NCBI GenBank assembly: GCA_965248435.1
Contig: OZ252100.1
Span: forward strand, 704,001 to 768,000
Source of the DNA: Candidatus Latescibacterota bacterium
GTDB lineage: Bacteria > Latescibacterota > UBA2968 > GCA-2709665
DNA length: 64,000 nucleotides
Reading direction: 5' to 3'
The notes beneath the pieces are model-generated. The model saw only the letters and a list, made by a program, of their open reading frames with translations. It was not told the DNA's origin and ran no database searches. Both the position numbers and the translations under genes were made by a program. Within the stretch, counting starts at the first letter, position 1, and the number at the start of each line of letters is the position of its first letter. This document shows, one piece after another, positions 9,214-19,236 of this stretch.

Positions 9214-9393
9214 ATTCCTCCCCACTGCCCACCGATCCCGTGTACTCACACCCCTCGCACGAACGTGCAATTCCCATACCGCCTCGAAACCTCCCAAAAT
9301 AGGCCGATTCCGAGCCACATAGGGAGGAACATCCCTTTCACTCCCTGAACAGGTCTTTCCCCCTCATCCAGCGAGCGTTTTCCCAATAATTGT

Positions 9394-9422
9394 TTGACAA
9401 TCCTTACACCTGATGGTATATT
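9394..9422 (+). promoter_or_regulatory. Strong sigma70 promoter for the ecfT-truA operon
   Basis: TTGACA (9394-9399), 17 nt, TATATT (9417-9422), with extended -10 TG. Confidence 0.8.
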
Positions 9423-9499
9423 TTCGACCACAGGAAGCGCCCAAATATCTGCTTTTACGAAAGGTTACAGCAAACTGTGAGGATCCGGTCCTGCCGATC

Positions 9500-10297
9500 T
9501 TGAAGGATATCACGCTGGGTCGCTTCATCCCGGGAGACTCGACACTGCACGGCCTGGATCCTCGCGCCAAGCTCTTCGTCACGGCAGTCTGGATGATCAT
9601 CCTTTTATCGAGCAGCTCTGGCTTGATTCCTGTACTGGTTCTGGGGCTGAGTCTCCTGCTTGGAAAGGTGTCCGGATTTCCCCTGAGATTTCAGCTCAGG
9701 AACTTTCGGCCGCTCATTCCCATCCTTGTCCTAACGTTTATTCTGAACGCGATGCTCACTCCCGGGGAGAAGCTCTATGCACTTCCGGGAGGCACGGGTG
9801 AGCTTTCTTTCGAGGGCATCCGGCGTGGTCTTTTCCTTCTCTTGCGGCTCTGCGCACTCGTGTTGATGACGACGCTCCTGACGCTTTCAACATCCCCTCT
9901 GGAACTTGCCGATGGGCTGGAATCCATTCTTCGCCCTCTGAAACGGTTTGGTCTACCCGCTCACGAACTGGCGATGACGATCACGATAGCGCTCCGGTTT
10001 GTTCCGATTCTGATGGACGAGGCCGATCGCCTGCGCATGGCGCAGCTGGCCCGGGGAGCGGACTTTGGAGGAGGTCCCATTCGGCGTGCCAAGAGCCTGC
10101 TTCCCATTCTCCTGCCCCTTTTTCAGTCTGCCTTCGGACGAGCGGATCGGCTCGCAGTAGCGATGGAGGCACGTTGCTATCAAGGCGAGAAAGGACGCAC
10201 CCACTACCGCAGACTGGCCATGTCTTTCACCGACTACAGTGTGCTGACGGTTTCCCTCCTGGCAGCAGGCCTGATTATGGGCCTGGGGGGATTCTGA
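9500..10297 (+). CDS. ecfT: Energy-coupling factor transporter transmembrane component T
   Basis: KDITLGRFIPGDSTLHGLDPRAK, IALRFVPILMDEADR, AQLARG, AMEARCY. Start placed at TTG 9500 because ATG 9413 lies inside the promoter. Confidence 0.92.
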   Translation: MKDITLGRFIPGDSTLHGLDPRAKLFVTAVWMIILLSSSSGLIPVLVLGLSLLLGKVSGFPLRFQLRNFRPLIPILVLTFILNAMLTPGEKLYALPGGTGELSFEGIRRGLFLLLRLCALVLMTTLLTLSTSPLELADGLESILRPLKRFGLPAHELAMTITIALRFVPILMDEADRLRMAQLARGADFGGGPIRRAKSLLPILLPLFQSAFGRADRLAVAMEARCYQGEKGRTHYRRLAMSFTDYSVLTVSLLAAGLIMGLGGF

Positions 10298-10306
10298 TCC
10301 TCCGGT

Positions 10307-11056
10307 ATGCGGCGCAATATTCGGCTTGTCCTCGAATATGACGGAACGGAATTCAAGGGATGGCAGATTCAGCCGGGCCAGCGCACGGTGCAGGCGGAGC
10401 TGGAGTCCTGTTTATCGAAGATCTTCGGTGATCGAATCCGTGTGGTTGCCGCGGGTCGTACGGACTCCGGTGTCCATGCCCTTGGACAAGTCGTCAACTT
10501 TAGTGCGAACGGCTCGATCAGCGTAGATCGGGTCCCTCGCGCCTTAAACGGCATGCTCTCATCGGATATCGCGGTTCGAGGTGCCGATGAAGTGCCGCTT
10601 ACCTTCCACGCGCGGCGGGATGCCGTTAGGAGAAGATATTTTTACAGAATCGGATATGGCAGGCGTGCGGTTGGTCGGGCATACAAATGGTGGATGCGAT
10701 CCAGGCTGGAAGTAGAGGCCGTAGAAGATGGACTTTCAAGGCTTCTGGGCAGCCACGATTTTTCTTCTTTTTGTGTGGCGGTGTCTCAGTGCAGGAATCC
10801 AGACTGTCATCTGTATGAATCTCGCCTGGAAGAAACCGAAGGCGAAATCTGTTTCCACTTCGAGGCCAACCGCTTCCTGAGATCTATGATCAGGGGCATC
10901 GTCGGAACATTGGTCCAGGTCGGTCGTGGAGATCGATGCTCGCAGGATATATCCAGAATCCTTGAGGCGAGAGATCGGAGATTCGCGGGACCGTCCGCGC
11001 CTCCACAGGGCCTGTTCCTCGACCGGGTGATCTACAATGACACAGTAGGGGGGTAA
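10307..11056 (+). CDS. truA: tRNA pseudouridine(38-40) synthase
   Basis: EYDGTEFKGWQIQP, AGRTDSGVHALGQV, FHARRDA, HDFSSF, FLRSMIR, APPQGLFL. Confidence 0.96.
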   Translation: MRRNIRLVLEYDGTEFKGWQIQPGQRTVQAELESCLSKIFGDRIRVVAAGRTDSGVHALGQVVNFSANGSISVDRVPRALNGMLSSDIAVRGADEVPLTFHARRDAVRRRYFYRIGYGRRAVGRAYKWWMRSRLEVEAVEDGLSRLLGSHDFSSFCVAVSQCRNPDCHLYESRLEETEGEICFHFEANRFLRSMIRGIVGTLVQVGRGDRCSQDISRILEARDRRFAGPSAPPQGLFLDRVIYNDTVGG

Positions 11057-11062
11057 CTCGAT

Positions 11063-12163
11063 TTGTGGCGGTTCATTTTCAGCATACTCTGGATCGCCCT
11101 CCTCTTCGGCGCGCACCCGGTCTGGTCGGCGAAATCGTTACAGGAGGAAATAAACGACACCAGACGAAACGCGATTGTTCGAGCCATTGAGAAAGTCGCG
11201 CCTTCTGTTGTCAGCATCAATACCACCTCGCTTGAAGAGTATGCCATTCGACATCGATATCCGGTGTTTGATTTCCTCTACTACTTCCCCGAGGAGGTCC
11301 CCGGTATCGGCTCGGGATTTATCATTCGGAAAGATGGTTACATCCTGACGAATCACCACGTGGTGGAAGGAGCCCGAGAGGTTTCCGTCACCTTTTCAGA
11401 CGGAAGAACCTTCAACGTTACGGATGTCGCACGAGATGTCTTGGTCGACCGGCAAACAGATCTTGCGGTGATCAGAATAGAGGCGAAAGACCTCCCGGTT
11501 TCTAAATTCGGAGACTCGGACAAAGTCATTATCGGGGAATGGGCGATCAGCATCGGCAACCCCTTCGGGCTTCTCATAGAAGACCCGAAGCCAACTGTTA
11601 CCGTCGGCGTGATCAGTGCGGTAGATCGCAACTTTCGTCCAGACGATGGCGGCCATATCTATCAGGGCATGATCCAGACCGATGCCTCCATCAACCCGGG
11701 AAACAGCGGCGGACCGCTCGTCAACAGCATTGGAGAGGTTATCGGGGTCAACACATTCATCCTTTCCAAGAGTGGCGGTTCTACAGGGATCGGGTTCGCG
11801 ATTCCAATAAACCGCGCCGTTCAGGTGGCCAGGAATCTGATCGACAGCGGCACGCGGGAGTTCTGGACCGGATTCTGGTTGCATCCGAACCTCACTCCCT
11901 GGTTGGCCCGCGCGGTGGGTCTCCCTATTCATTCTGGCGCGTTAATCACCCGAATCGAGAAAAACAGCCCGGCGGCGCGGGCAGAAATCGACCCGGGCGA
12001 CCTGATCGTTGAAGTGAACGGTCTCCGCGTGAAAAGCGATCAGGACGTTGCCGGGGCCTTCCGTACGGGAAGGGTCGGTGAGGCATTCACGCTCAAGGTG
12101 TTGCGGGGTCGAGTTTTCAGGAATGTGGAGCTTGTCCTTGAGGAGGCCCCTGAGGTTCAGTGA
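11063..12163 (+). CDS. HtrA/DegP-family serine protease with one PDZ domain
   Basis: Signal peptide, GSGFII, TNHHV, DLAVI, IQTDASINPGNSGGPL, C-terminal PDZ. Confidence 0.93.
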   Translation: MWRFIFSILWIALLFGAHPVWSAKSLQEEINDTRRNAIVRAIEKVAPSVVSINTTSLEEYAIRHRYPVFDFLYYFPEEVPGIGSGFIIRKDGYILTNHHVVEGAREVSVTFSDGRTFNVTDVARDVLVDRQTDLAVIRIEAKDLPVSKFGDSDKVIIGEWAISIGNPFGLLIEDPKPTVTVGVISAVDRNFRPDDGGHIYQGMIQTDASINPGNSGGPLVNSIGEVIGVNTFILSKSGGSTGIGFAIPINRAVQVARNLIDSGTREFWTGFWLHPNLTPWLARAVGLPIHSGALITRIEKNSPAARAEIDPGDLIVEVNGLRVKSDQDVAGAFRTGRVGEAFTLKVLRGRVFRNVELVLEEAPEVQ

Positions 12164-12801
12164 TGGCAAAGGAAGCCTGGCCGATCCTCATCCCGATCGG
12201 CATCTGCTCCGCAATCACGCTGGGTCTGTTCTGGGTTTACTCGCAGCCCGGGTTTGGGTATCTTGGGGGTATCCTGGCCGTCGGGACGGGATTCGTGGCC
12301 GCTTTTTTCCGAGACCCGAACCGTGTTCCGCCCGCTGACGGAGGGGCGATTGTCTCGGCCGGAGATGGCAGGGTCGTTGCCGTTCAACCGATTAAAGCAG
12401 ACCCGTGGCTTGAAGGCGACGGGATTCAGGTGAGCGTCTTCCTCTCAATCTTTAACGTTCACGTCAATCGGATCCCCGTCTCAGGACTTGTGGACGCCTT
12501 TGAGTATCGGTCTGGGAAGTTCAGACTGGCTTTTTCGCACCAAGCTTCCGCCGAGAACGAACAGGCCGTTGTCCGTATCCAGGGGTCCGACTTCACGATG
12601 GTCGTTAAGCAGATCGCAGGGTTTTTGGCGCGTAGAATCGTGTGCCGGCTGTCCAAGGGTGATGAGGTCAGCATCGGACAGCGTTTCGGGCTCATCAAGT
12701 TCGGATCCAGGATAGATCACCTCCTTCCGCCAACAACGAGCATAAAGGTAAAAGTCGGCGATCGGGTGAAGGCCGGCGAAACCATCATCGGAGTTGTCTA
12801 G
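12163..12801 (+). CDS. psd: Phosphatidylserine decarboxylase proenzyme
   Basis: FFRDPNR, FLSIFNVHVNRIP, QIAGFLARRI, GLIKFGSR (self-cleavage GS). Adjacent to pssA. Confidence 0.93.
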   Translation: MAKEAWPILIPIGICSAITLGLFWVYSQPGFGYLGGILAVGTGFVAAFFRDPNRVPPADGGAIVSAGDGRVVAVQPIKADPWLEGDGIQVSVFLSIFNVHVNRIPVSGLVDAFEYRSGKFRLAFSHQASAENEQAVVRIQGSDFTMVVKQIAGFLARRIVCRLSKGDEVSIGQRFGLIKFGSRIDHLLPPTTSIKVKVGDRVKAGETIIGVV

Positions 12802-12802
12802 C

Positions 12803-13525
12803 ATGAAAAAACGCACCGTACTGCCCAACCTGTTTACCGTGTGCAACCTCCTTTGCGGGTTTCTTTCTATCGCATACGCCAGTCAGGGCAGGCTCGTTCC
12901 GGCTGCCTGGCTGATCGTGATTGCGGGCTTTCTGGACGCGTTCGACGGGAAAATCGCGCGCTTGCTCGATGCCCCAAGTAGGTTCGGGGTTCAGTTCGAC
13001 TCTCTCGCCGACGTTTGTTCCTTTGGTGTCGCACCCGCTGTACTGATGTTTAGCTATTACACGGATCTACTGGCCATTCGGTGGCTGCCCTTTACGGTCT
13101 GCTTCTTCTTCCTGTTGTGTGGCGCGCTGCGCTTGGCCAGATTCAACACGCAGCAGGAGGGCTTCGATAAAGATGATTTCAATGGACTTCCGACGCCCCC
13201 GGCGGCCGCAACACTCGCCGCCTTCATTGTGTTCACTCAGCGCGTATGGGAGAGCTCGCACGAACCACAGGTCGCGGTTCCCCTCTGTGTGATGGTCTCC
13301 CTGTTGATGATCAGCCCGTTCGACTATCCCGCATTCCCAAAATTCAGTTTTGAAACACGCAAGGATCGCGCTCGCTTGATATTAGCATTGACGGCCGCGG
13401 TGCTCATCATTCTTTTCACGGACGAGGCCTTTTTCCCCATCGCGCTTTGTTTCGCGCTCTCAGGTGCTGCTCGGTGGCTGTTTAACCTGATCACCCACCG
13501 AGAGGTGGCTGACGCCGGATCCTGA
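12803..13525 (+). CDS. pssA: CDP-diacylglycerol-serine O-phosphatidyltransferase
   Basis: LPNLFT, DAFDGKIAR, FDSLADVCSFGVAP, LRLARFN, GLPTP. Confidence 0.93.
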   Translation: MKKRTVLPNLFTVCNLLCGFLSIAYASQGRLVPAAWLIVIAGFLDAFDGKIARLLDAPSRFGVQFDSLADVCSFGVAPAVLMFSYYTDLLAIRWLPFTVCFFFLLCGALRLARFNTQQEGFDKDDFNGLPTPPAAATLAAFIVFTQRVWESSHEPQVAVPLCVMVSLLMISPFDYPAFPKFSFETRKDRARLILALTAAVLIILFTDEAFFPIALCFALSGAARWLFNLITHREVADAGS

Positions 13526-13547
13526 AGTAACTCGAAAGACAAAGGCC

Positions 13548-13829
13548 ATGGGCAAAAAGAGTATCGGTGTGCTGATCATCGCCCTCTTCATCGGGGTGTT
13601 GGCGGCGAGCGTTTTCGCGGCGGTACTGAATGTGATTTTCGAGAGCCTTGGTCTCCAGAACAATGTTGTCCAGAAGGTCCTCGTCGATCCTTTGGTACAG
13701 TATGAATTTGGCCCCATTCCCCTGAACCTGATCGTCATGTCCCTTACCTTTGGAATTTCATTTGATTTCAACGTGCTGAGTCTCCTCGGGATCGGCACGG
13801 CCTGGTACTATGTGAAGTACTCTTACTGA
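13548..13829 (+). CDS. Small membrane protein (DUF4321-like)
   Basis: 93 aa, hydrophobic N-terminus, LNLIVMSLTFGISFDFNVLSLLGI. Sits in the operon. Confidence 0.65.
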   Translation: MGKKSIGVLIIALFIGVLAASVFAAVLNVIFESLGLQNNVVQKVLVDPLVQYEFGPIPLNLIVMSLTFGISFDFNVLSLLGIGTAWYYVKYSY

Positions 13830-13845
13830 AAAGGAGGTGACAACC

Positions 13846-14106
13846 ATGCTGGGGGGAATTGGAACGTGGGAAATCCTGCTCATCTTCCTGGTCTTACTGC
13901 TCCTCTTTGGAGCCAGACGGATCCCTGAGATCGCCAGGGGCTTGGGCAAGGGCGTCACTGAGTTCAAGAACGCCGTCCGCGACGTGAAGGAAGAGATCGA
14001 GACGGCAGACTCGCCATCAGTCTCAAACCCTTCACCAGATTCGCCTTCGTCCACGACAGAATCGAAGGTTGAGACCGGAGAGCAAGCGTCAAAGCAGGCA
14101 CAGTGA
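13846..14106 (+). CDS. tatA: Twin-arginine translocase TatA/E subunit
   Basis: GIGTWEILLIFLVLLLLFGARRIPEIARGLGKGVTEFK. AAGGAGG RBS. Confidence 0.95.
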   Translation: MLGGIGTWEILLIFLVLLLLFGARRIPEIARGLGKGVTEFKNAVRDVKEEIETADSPSVSNPSPDSPSSTTESKVETGEQASKQAQ

Positions 14107-14145
14107 TCGATCTGGCCAAGCCATAGAAGGGTGGTTGAAGCCTCA

Positions 14146-15594
14146 ATGAGGCCCTTGAACGAACGATCTGCTTGTGACCTCATTGAAGCCCTCAGGGGTC
14201 AGCAGGTCACCGCCCGCCAGTTGACCGAATCTGTATTCGAACGGATTCAGGAAAGAGATTCGGAGATCAATGCGTACATCACGCTCGACAAAGATGGCGC
14301 ACTCCGGAAGGCCGATGAAGTTGATCGCAAGATCGCCGCGGGAGACCCCGTGGGATCGTTGGCCGGAATTCCGATAGCCCTCAAAGACCTACTCTGTACA
14401 AAAGGCCTCCCTACCACCTGCGCTTCTCGCATCCTCGAAACGTTTATCCCTCCTTACGATGCAACCGCAGTCGCTCGACTCCACGAAGCAGACGCCGTCA
14501 TCATCGGCAAACTCAACATGGACGAGTTTGCGATGGGGTCCTCCAACGAAAACTCGGCGTTTGGATCCGTGCGCAATCCGGTAAGCACCGACAGGGTGAC
14601 GGGGGGGTCGAGCGGAGGTTCTGCTGCTTCGGTTGCAGCCGGCGAAACAGTCCTCGCGCTCGGAACGGACACGGGTGGATCCATCCGCCTCCCCGCTTCC
14701 TTTTGCGGTGTCGTCGGTCTGAAACCTACATACGGAAGAGTCTCCCGTTTCGGCCTAGTGGCTTTTGCCTCTTCCCTGGATCAGATCGGCCCGATCACCC
14801 GAGACGTCTCCGACGCAGCGCTGCTCCTGGGCGTCATCTCCGGCCACGACCCCCTCGATTCTACATCGGTTGATCTCCCTGTTCCCGCCTACACAGCGAA
14901 CCTTCGAGCGGGCGTGGAGAATTTGAACGTGGGGCTCCCGAAGGAGTACTTTACCGATGGCCTTGATCCAGATGTCCGCGAAGCCGTGATGCGAGGGGTC
15001 AAAATTCTGGAAGGCGCTGGCGCCCACATTGAAGAGGTCTCACTCCCCGTCGCCGGGCATCCCGAGTACTCGATCGCCTCCTACTACATCATTGCGACAG
15101 GAGAAGCCTCTTCCAATCTGGCACGGTACGATGGGGTGAGATACGGCCTCAGGACTGAGGACAAAGACCTGACCCAAATGTACTGCAATACGAGACAAAG
15201 TGGATTCGGAGCGGAGGTCAAGCGTCGGATTATGCTGGGAACCTACACACTCAGTGCAGGCTACTATGACGCCTACTACCTGAAGGCCCAACGTGCCCGG
15301 ACGCTCATCAAAGAAGACTTTGACCGCGTTCTTGAGGGTTGCGATATCGTAGCCGCCCCGGTTGCGCCAACGACGGCGTTTAAAATTGGAGAAAAGATCG
15401 ACGATCCTCTTCAGATGTATCTTTCTGACATTTATACCGTTTCCGTGAACCTTGCCGGAATCCCGGGAATCTCGGTACCCTGCGGTTGCTCAGCGGAAGG
15501 GCTCCCCATCGGGTTGCAGCTCATGGGTCGGCCATTCGACGAGGAAACCCTGCTCCAAGCCGCATACGTTGTAGAAAAGGGACAATCCACTTGA
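14146..15594 (+). CDS. gatA: Glu-tRNA(Gln) amidotransferase subunit A
   Basis: [60 protein letters not shown]. Confidence 0.97.
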   Translation: MRPLNERSACDLIEALRGQQVTARQLTESVFERIQERDSEINAYITLDKDGALRKADEVDRKIAAGDPVGSLAGIPIALKDLLCTKGLPTTCASRILETFIPPYDATAVARLHEADAVIIGKLNMDEFAMGSSNENSAFGSVRNPVSTDRVTGGSSGGSAASVAAGETVLALGTDTGGSIRLPASFCGVVGLKPTYGRVSRFGLVAFASSLDQIGPITRDVSDAALLLGVISGHDPLDSTSVDLPVPAYTANLRAGVENLNVGLPKEYFTDGLDPDVREAVMRGVKILEGAGAHIEEVSLPVAGHPEYSIASYYIIATGEASSNLARYDGVRYGLRTEDKDLTQMYCNTRQSGFGAEVKRRIMLGTYTLSAGYYDAYYLKAQRARTLIKEDFDRVLEGCDIVAAPVAPTTAFKIGEKIDDPLQMYLSDIYTVSVNLAGIPGISVPCGCSAEGLPIGLQLMGRPFDEETLLQAAYVVEKGQST

Positions 15595-17039
15595 ATTTTG
15601 AGCCCGTGATCGGCCTGGAAGTTCACGCCCACCTGGCGACACGGACAAAGATATTCTGTGGCTGCAGCACTGCGTTTGGAGCCGAGCCGAACAGCCATGC
15701 CTGTCCCGTCTGTCTCGGTCTGCCGGGCGCATTGCCCGTACTGAATCGAAGCGTCATAGATCTCGCGATGCGAATTGGCCTGGCGGTTGAATCCACGATT
15801 CAGCCGCGCAGTCGATTCTTGAGGAAAAACTATTTCTATCCTGACCTTCCCAAGGGCTATCAGATTTCTCAATTCCAGTCCAACGAGGAGATGCCTCTGG
15901 CCACAGGCGGTGGGATCGAGATCCCAACCGAGGGGGGCACAAAATCGGTCCAGTTGGTTCGCATTCACGTTGAGGAGGATGCAGGCAAGAGCATCCACGA
16001 TGAAGCCTTTGTGGCGGCAGACGAGTCTCTGGTGGATGTGAACCGGTGTGGCGTGCCCTTGATAGAAATCGTCACCGAACCGAAAATATTCTCGCCCCAG
16101 GAGGCCTCCGATTTCCTGACCCGTCTCAGACAGCTTCTAATCTATACGGGCGTATCCGAAGGTGACATGGAAAAGGGGCATATGAGAATAGACGCAAACG
16201 TCTCGATCAGGCCGATTGGAGCATCCGAACTTGGGGTGAAAACCGAAATCAAGAACATGAACTCCATTCGTAATTGCCACCGCGCGCTCGAATCCGAAAT
16301 CCACAGACAGATCGATGTATTGGAAAGCGGAGGCGAGATCGTCCAGGAGACGCTACTTTACGACGCAGACCGAAACGAGCTGCGCCCGATGCGGAGCAAA
16401 GAATATTCTGACGATTATCGCTACTTCCCGGAGCCCGACCTCGTGGCCATCGTCCTGGACGATGCCTGGATCGAACGCGCCAGGGCCGACCTGCCAGAGC
16501 TGCCGGAGGCAAAGCGCTCACGCTTCATTTCCGACTACGGATTGACAGCCGGCCAGGTGGATGTGATTACTGCCTCGAAGGGTGTTGCAGACTATTACGA
16601 AGCTACGATTACCGCCGGGAGCCCTCCACACGAGGCGTTGAACTGGGTCCAGGGTCACGTCCTTCGCGCAACGAACGAACGAAGGATTTCCCCATCAGAA
16701 CTGCGTGTCACGCCCAAGCACCTGGCAGAACTGATAGAGATGATCGAGGCAGGCACCATCAGCAACAAGATCGGCAGGACGGTCTTCGACGAAATCGTAG
16801 AGTCTGGAGAGGCGCCAGCAGCCGTCATCGAAAAGAGGGGCCTGGTCCAAATCAGTGATGAGGGCGACCTCGAGGAACTCATCGAAACTGTCCTGTCAGA
16901 ACACGCCGATGAGGTGGAGCGCTACAAGAGCGGCCAGAAACAACTCGCCGGCTTTTTTATGGGTCAAGTGATGAAAAAGACCAAAGGTCAAGCTAATCCG
17001 AAGCTTGCCGACAAGCTGCTTAAGGAGAAGCTTGGGTAG
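15591..17039 (+). CDS. gatB: Asp/Glu-tRNA amidotransferase subunit B
   Basis: [60 protein letters not shown] start overlaps the gatA stop. Confidence 0.97.
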   Translation: MNFEPVIGLEVHAHLATRTKIFCGCSTAFGAEPNSHACPVCLGLPGALPVLNRSVIDLAMRIGLAVESTIQPRSRFLRKNYFYPDLPKGYQISQFQSNEEMPLATGGGIEIPTEGGTKSVQLVRIHVEEDAGKSIHDEAFVAADESLVDVNRCGVPLIEIVTEPKIFSPQEASDFLTRLRQLLIYTGVSEGDMEKGHMRIDANVSIRPIGASELGVKTEIKNMNSIRNCHRALESEIHRQIDVLESGGEIVQETLLYDADRNELRPMRSKEYSDDYRYFPEPDLVAIVLDDAWIERARADLPELPEAKRSRFISDYGLTAGQVDVITASKGVADYYEATITAGSPPHEALNWVQGHVLRATNERRISPSELRVTPKHLAELIEMIEAGTISNKIGRTVFDEIVESGEAPAAVIEKRGLVQISDEGDLEELIETVLSEHADEVERYKSGQKQLAGFFMGQVMKKTKGQANPKLADKLLKEKLG

Positions 17040-17090
17040 TCGCCTGCGCCTGGGCTTGAATGTGGGCCGGGATGTCCGCACGACATTCCC

Positions 17091-17756
17091 ATGACCGCCC
17101 ACCTCATCCTCTTTGCCAAGAATCCAACCCCTGGCACGGTCAAGACCCGCCTCCAGACCCGCTACACGCCTCAACAGGCCGCTGAAGTCTACCGTGCGTT
17201 TATCCAGGACAGCCTGGAGAGCGCCCAGGGCCTCTCAGTGGACCGCTGGATCCTCGCGTACACACCATCCGATGCCGAATCGCAGATCCGCTCTATCGCT
17301 GGCCCGAAGTGGGACTTGCTGCCGCAGACAGGCAGTGATCTGGGCGAGCGAATGCGCCACGCCGCCCTTCAGAGCTTTGCGCAGGATGCCACCCGGGTCG
17401 TCATTTTGGGCACGGATCTGCCCTCCCTCCCCCCGAGTTATGTCGAAGAAGCCCTGGAACTGCTCCGAGAGAACGAGATCGTGCTGGGCCCCACTGTGGA
17501 CGGAGGGTACTATCTCGTGGGGCTCTCCAATCCCCACGAATCGATATTTCAGGGAATTAATTGGGGAACCGAAAAGGTGTTTTCCCAAACGCTGGAACTG
17601 ACAAAGCGCCTCTCGCTCGGCCTGATTCCTGTCTGGTACGACGTCGATACACCTGATGATCTCGATTTTCTCCTCGCACATGCCGCTGCACTGGAGCAGG
17701 CCGGGCATCCACCCCTGCTGCGCCATACCCGACGCCTCTGCTCAACCTACACCTGA
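17091..17756 (+). CDS. GT-A-like glycosyltransferase (DUF2064/TIGR04282 family)
   Basis: FAKNPTPGTVKTRL, QTGSDLGERM, GTDLP, LGPTVDGGYYLVG, WYDVDTPDDL. Confidence 0.85.
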   Translation: MTAHLILFAKNPTPGTVKTRLQTRYTPQQAAEVYRAFIQDSLESAQGLSVDRWILAYTPSDAESQIRSIAGPKWDLLPQTGSDLGERMRHAALQSFAQDATRVVILGTDLPSLPPSYVEEALELLRENEIVLGPTVDGGYYLVGLSNPHESIFQGINWGTEKVFSQTLELTKRLSLGLIPVWYDVDTPDDLDFLLAHAAALEQAGHPPLLRHTRRLCSTYT

Positions 17757-17766
17757 GTTAGCCGCC

Positions 17767-19122
17767 GTGCCTGACACCCAGAAATTCGACCCGACCCTCG
17801 TTCCTCGAGTGCTCTCTCTTTCGGTCCCTCTCGCCCTCGCCGGACAACTGGAGAACCTGGTCGGATTCGTGGATATTTACATGGTTGCCGCACTGGGTCC
17901 CGCTGCGATCTCCGCCGTGGGAATCTCGCGCGTCGTTATTATGGTCATCGGCGTCACGATCATGGCCGTGCTCACCGGCACATTCGCGATTGTCGCTCAG
18001 GCCTTCGGCGCAGAATCTTTGAGAGATGCAAGTAGCGCAGGAAAGCAATCCTTGACCCTCGTTGCCATCTTCAGCATCTGCGTTTCTTTCGTGGGCATTC
18101 TTGGTTCTCCGTTCCTTCTGGCCACACTCAGTGGGGATCCCGAGGTCGTTGCCCAGGGTATTTCTTACCTCAGGGTCTTCTTTGCCGGCCTGATTTTGAT
18201 GGCACTCAATTTCACGATCACGACCTGTCTTCACGGAGCGGGCGACACGAGGACCCCCCTGTTCATCAGCCTGTTTTCAAACACCATAAAGATTGGAGCC
18301 AGTTACCTCCTGATCTTTGGAATTTGGGGCCTCCCCAGGCTGGGTGTGATGGGAGCAGCGCTCGGAACGGTCGTATCCCGATTCTTCGGCTTGTCAATCG
18401 GCCTCTGGGTTGCTCATTCGGGCCGCTACCGCTTCACCTTTGTGCCCGGTACGTCCTTTCGTCCCCAACCTGAGCTCACGCGCCGAATCCTGAAAGTCGG
18501 TGTCCCCTCCGCGCTGCAGGGTCTTTTCCGAAACGGTTCCAACCTCGTCTTCGTCAAGCTTGTTGCGCTAACGGCCTCCTCGACGACCGCCGTGGCCGCA
18601 TTCTCAATCGGAAACCAGATGGAGCGGGTCCTTCGGAGGACCTCCCTCGCATTCGGGACTGCCGCGACTGCTCTGGTCGGACAGGACCTCGGCGCAGGCC
18701 TGCCGGACAAGGCGAACCAACAGGGATGGACTACGCTTTTCGTCGCGGTGATCTTCGCCATGGGACTTGGACTCGCCGTATCGCTCCTGGCTCACCCGAT
18801 TATGGGCCTGTTTACGGAGGACCCTGGCGTCACCGCAATCGGTGTCCTTTACCTCTATGCCATGGCCCTGGCGGAGCCATTTATGTGCACAGCCATCGCG
18901 AGCGGAGGCGGGCTTAGAGGAGCCGGCGACACCCTTCCCCCGCTTTACCACACCCTGATCGCTCAATGGCTCATTCGACTTCCGGTTGCCTATCTGCTGG
19001 CATTCCCTCTTGGCCACGATATACTGGGCATCTGGACCAGTCTCGTCGTCTTCAGCGCACTTCAGGGCGGGCTTACTTTGAGAAAGTACGCGAAGGGCGA
19101 ATGGAAGGGAAAAACGATCTAG
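17767..19122 (+). CDS. MATE-family efflux transporter
   Basis: Many TM segments, GFVDIYMV, GAGDTRTP, GVMGAALGT, GLRGAGDT. Confidence 0.9.
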   Translation: MPDTQKFDPTLVPRVLSLSVPLALAGQLENLVGFVDIYMVAALGPAAISAVGISRVVIMVIGVTIMAVLTGTFAIVAQAFGAESLRDASSAGKQSLTLVAIFSICVSFVGILGSPFLLATLSGDPEVVAQGISYLRVFFAGLILMALNFTITTCLHGAGDTRTPLFISLFSNTIKIGASYLLIFGIWGLPRLGVMGAALGTVVSRFFGLSIGLWVAHSGRYRFTFVPGTSFRPQPELTRRILKVGVPSALQGLFRNGSNLVFVKLVALTASSTTAVAAFSIGNQMERVLRRTSLAFGTAATALVGQDLGAGLPDKANQQGWTTLFVAVIFAMGLGLAVSLLAHPIMGLFTEDPGVTAIGVLYLYAMALAEPFMCTAIASGGGLRGAGDTLPPLYHTLIAQWLIRLPVAYLLAFPLGHDILGIWTSLVVFSALQGGLTLRKYAKGEWKGKTI

Positions 19123-19154
19123 TTGAGTAGCAGAAAGCCTCCCAACAAGAGGAC

Positions 19155-19182
19155 TTGATAGACCGGCAAAGAGAATTATATT
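19155..19182 (+). promoter_or_regulatory. Putative sigma70 promoter for trxB
   Basis: TTGATA, 16 nt, TATATT. Confidence 0.5.
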
Positions 19183-19236
19183 AGTGCGACAACACGGTGA
19201 GGATGAACTTCAGACCAAAGAGGGAATTTTTGGAAG

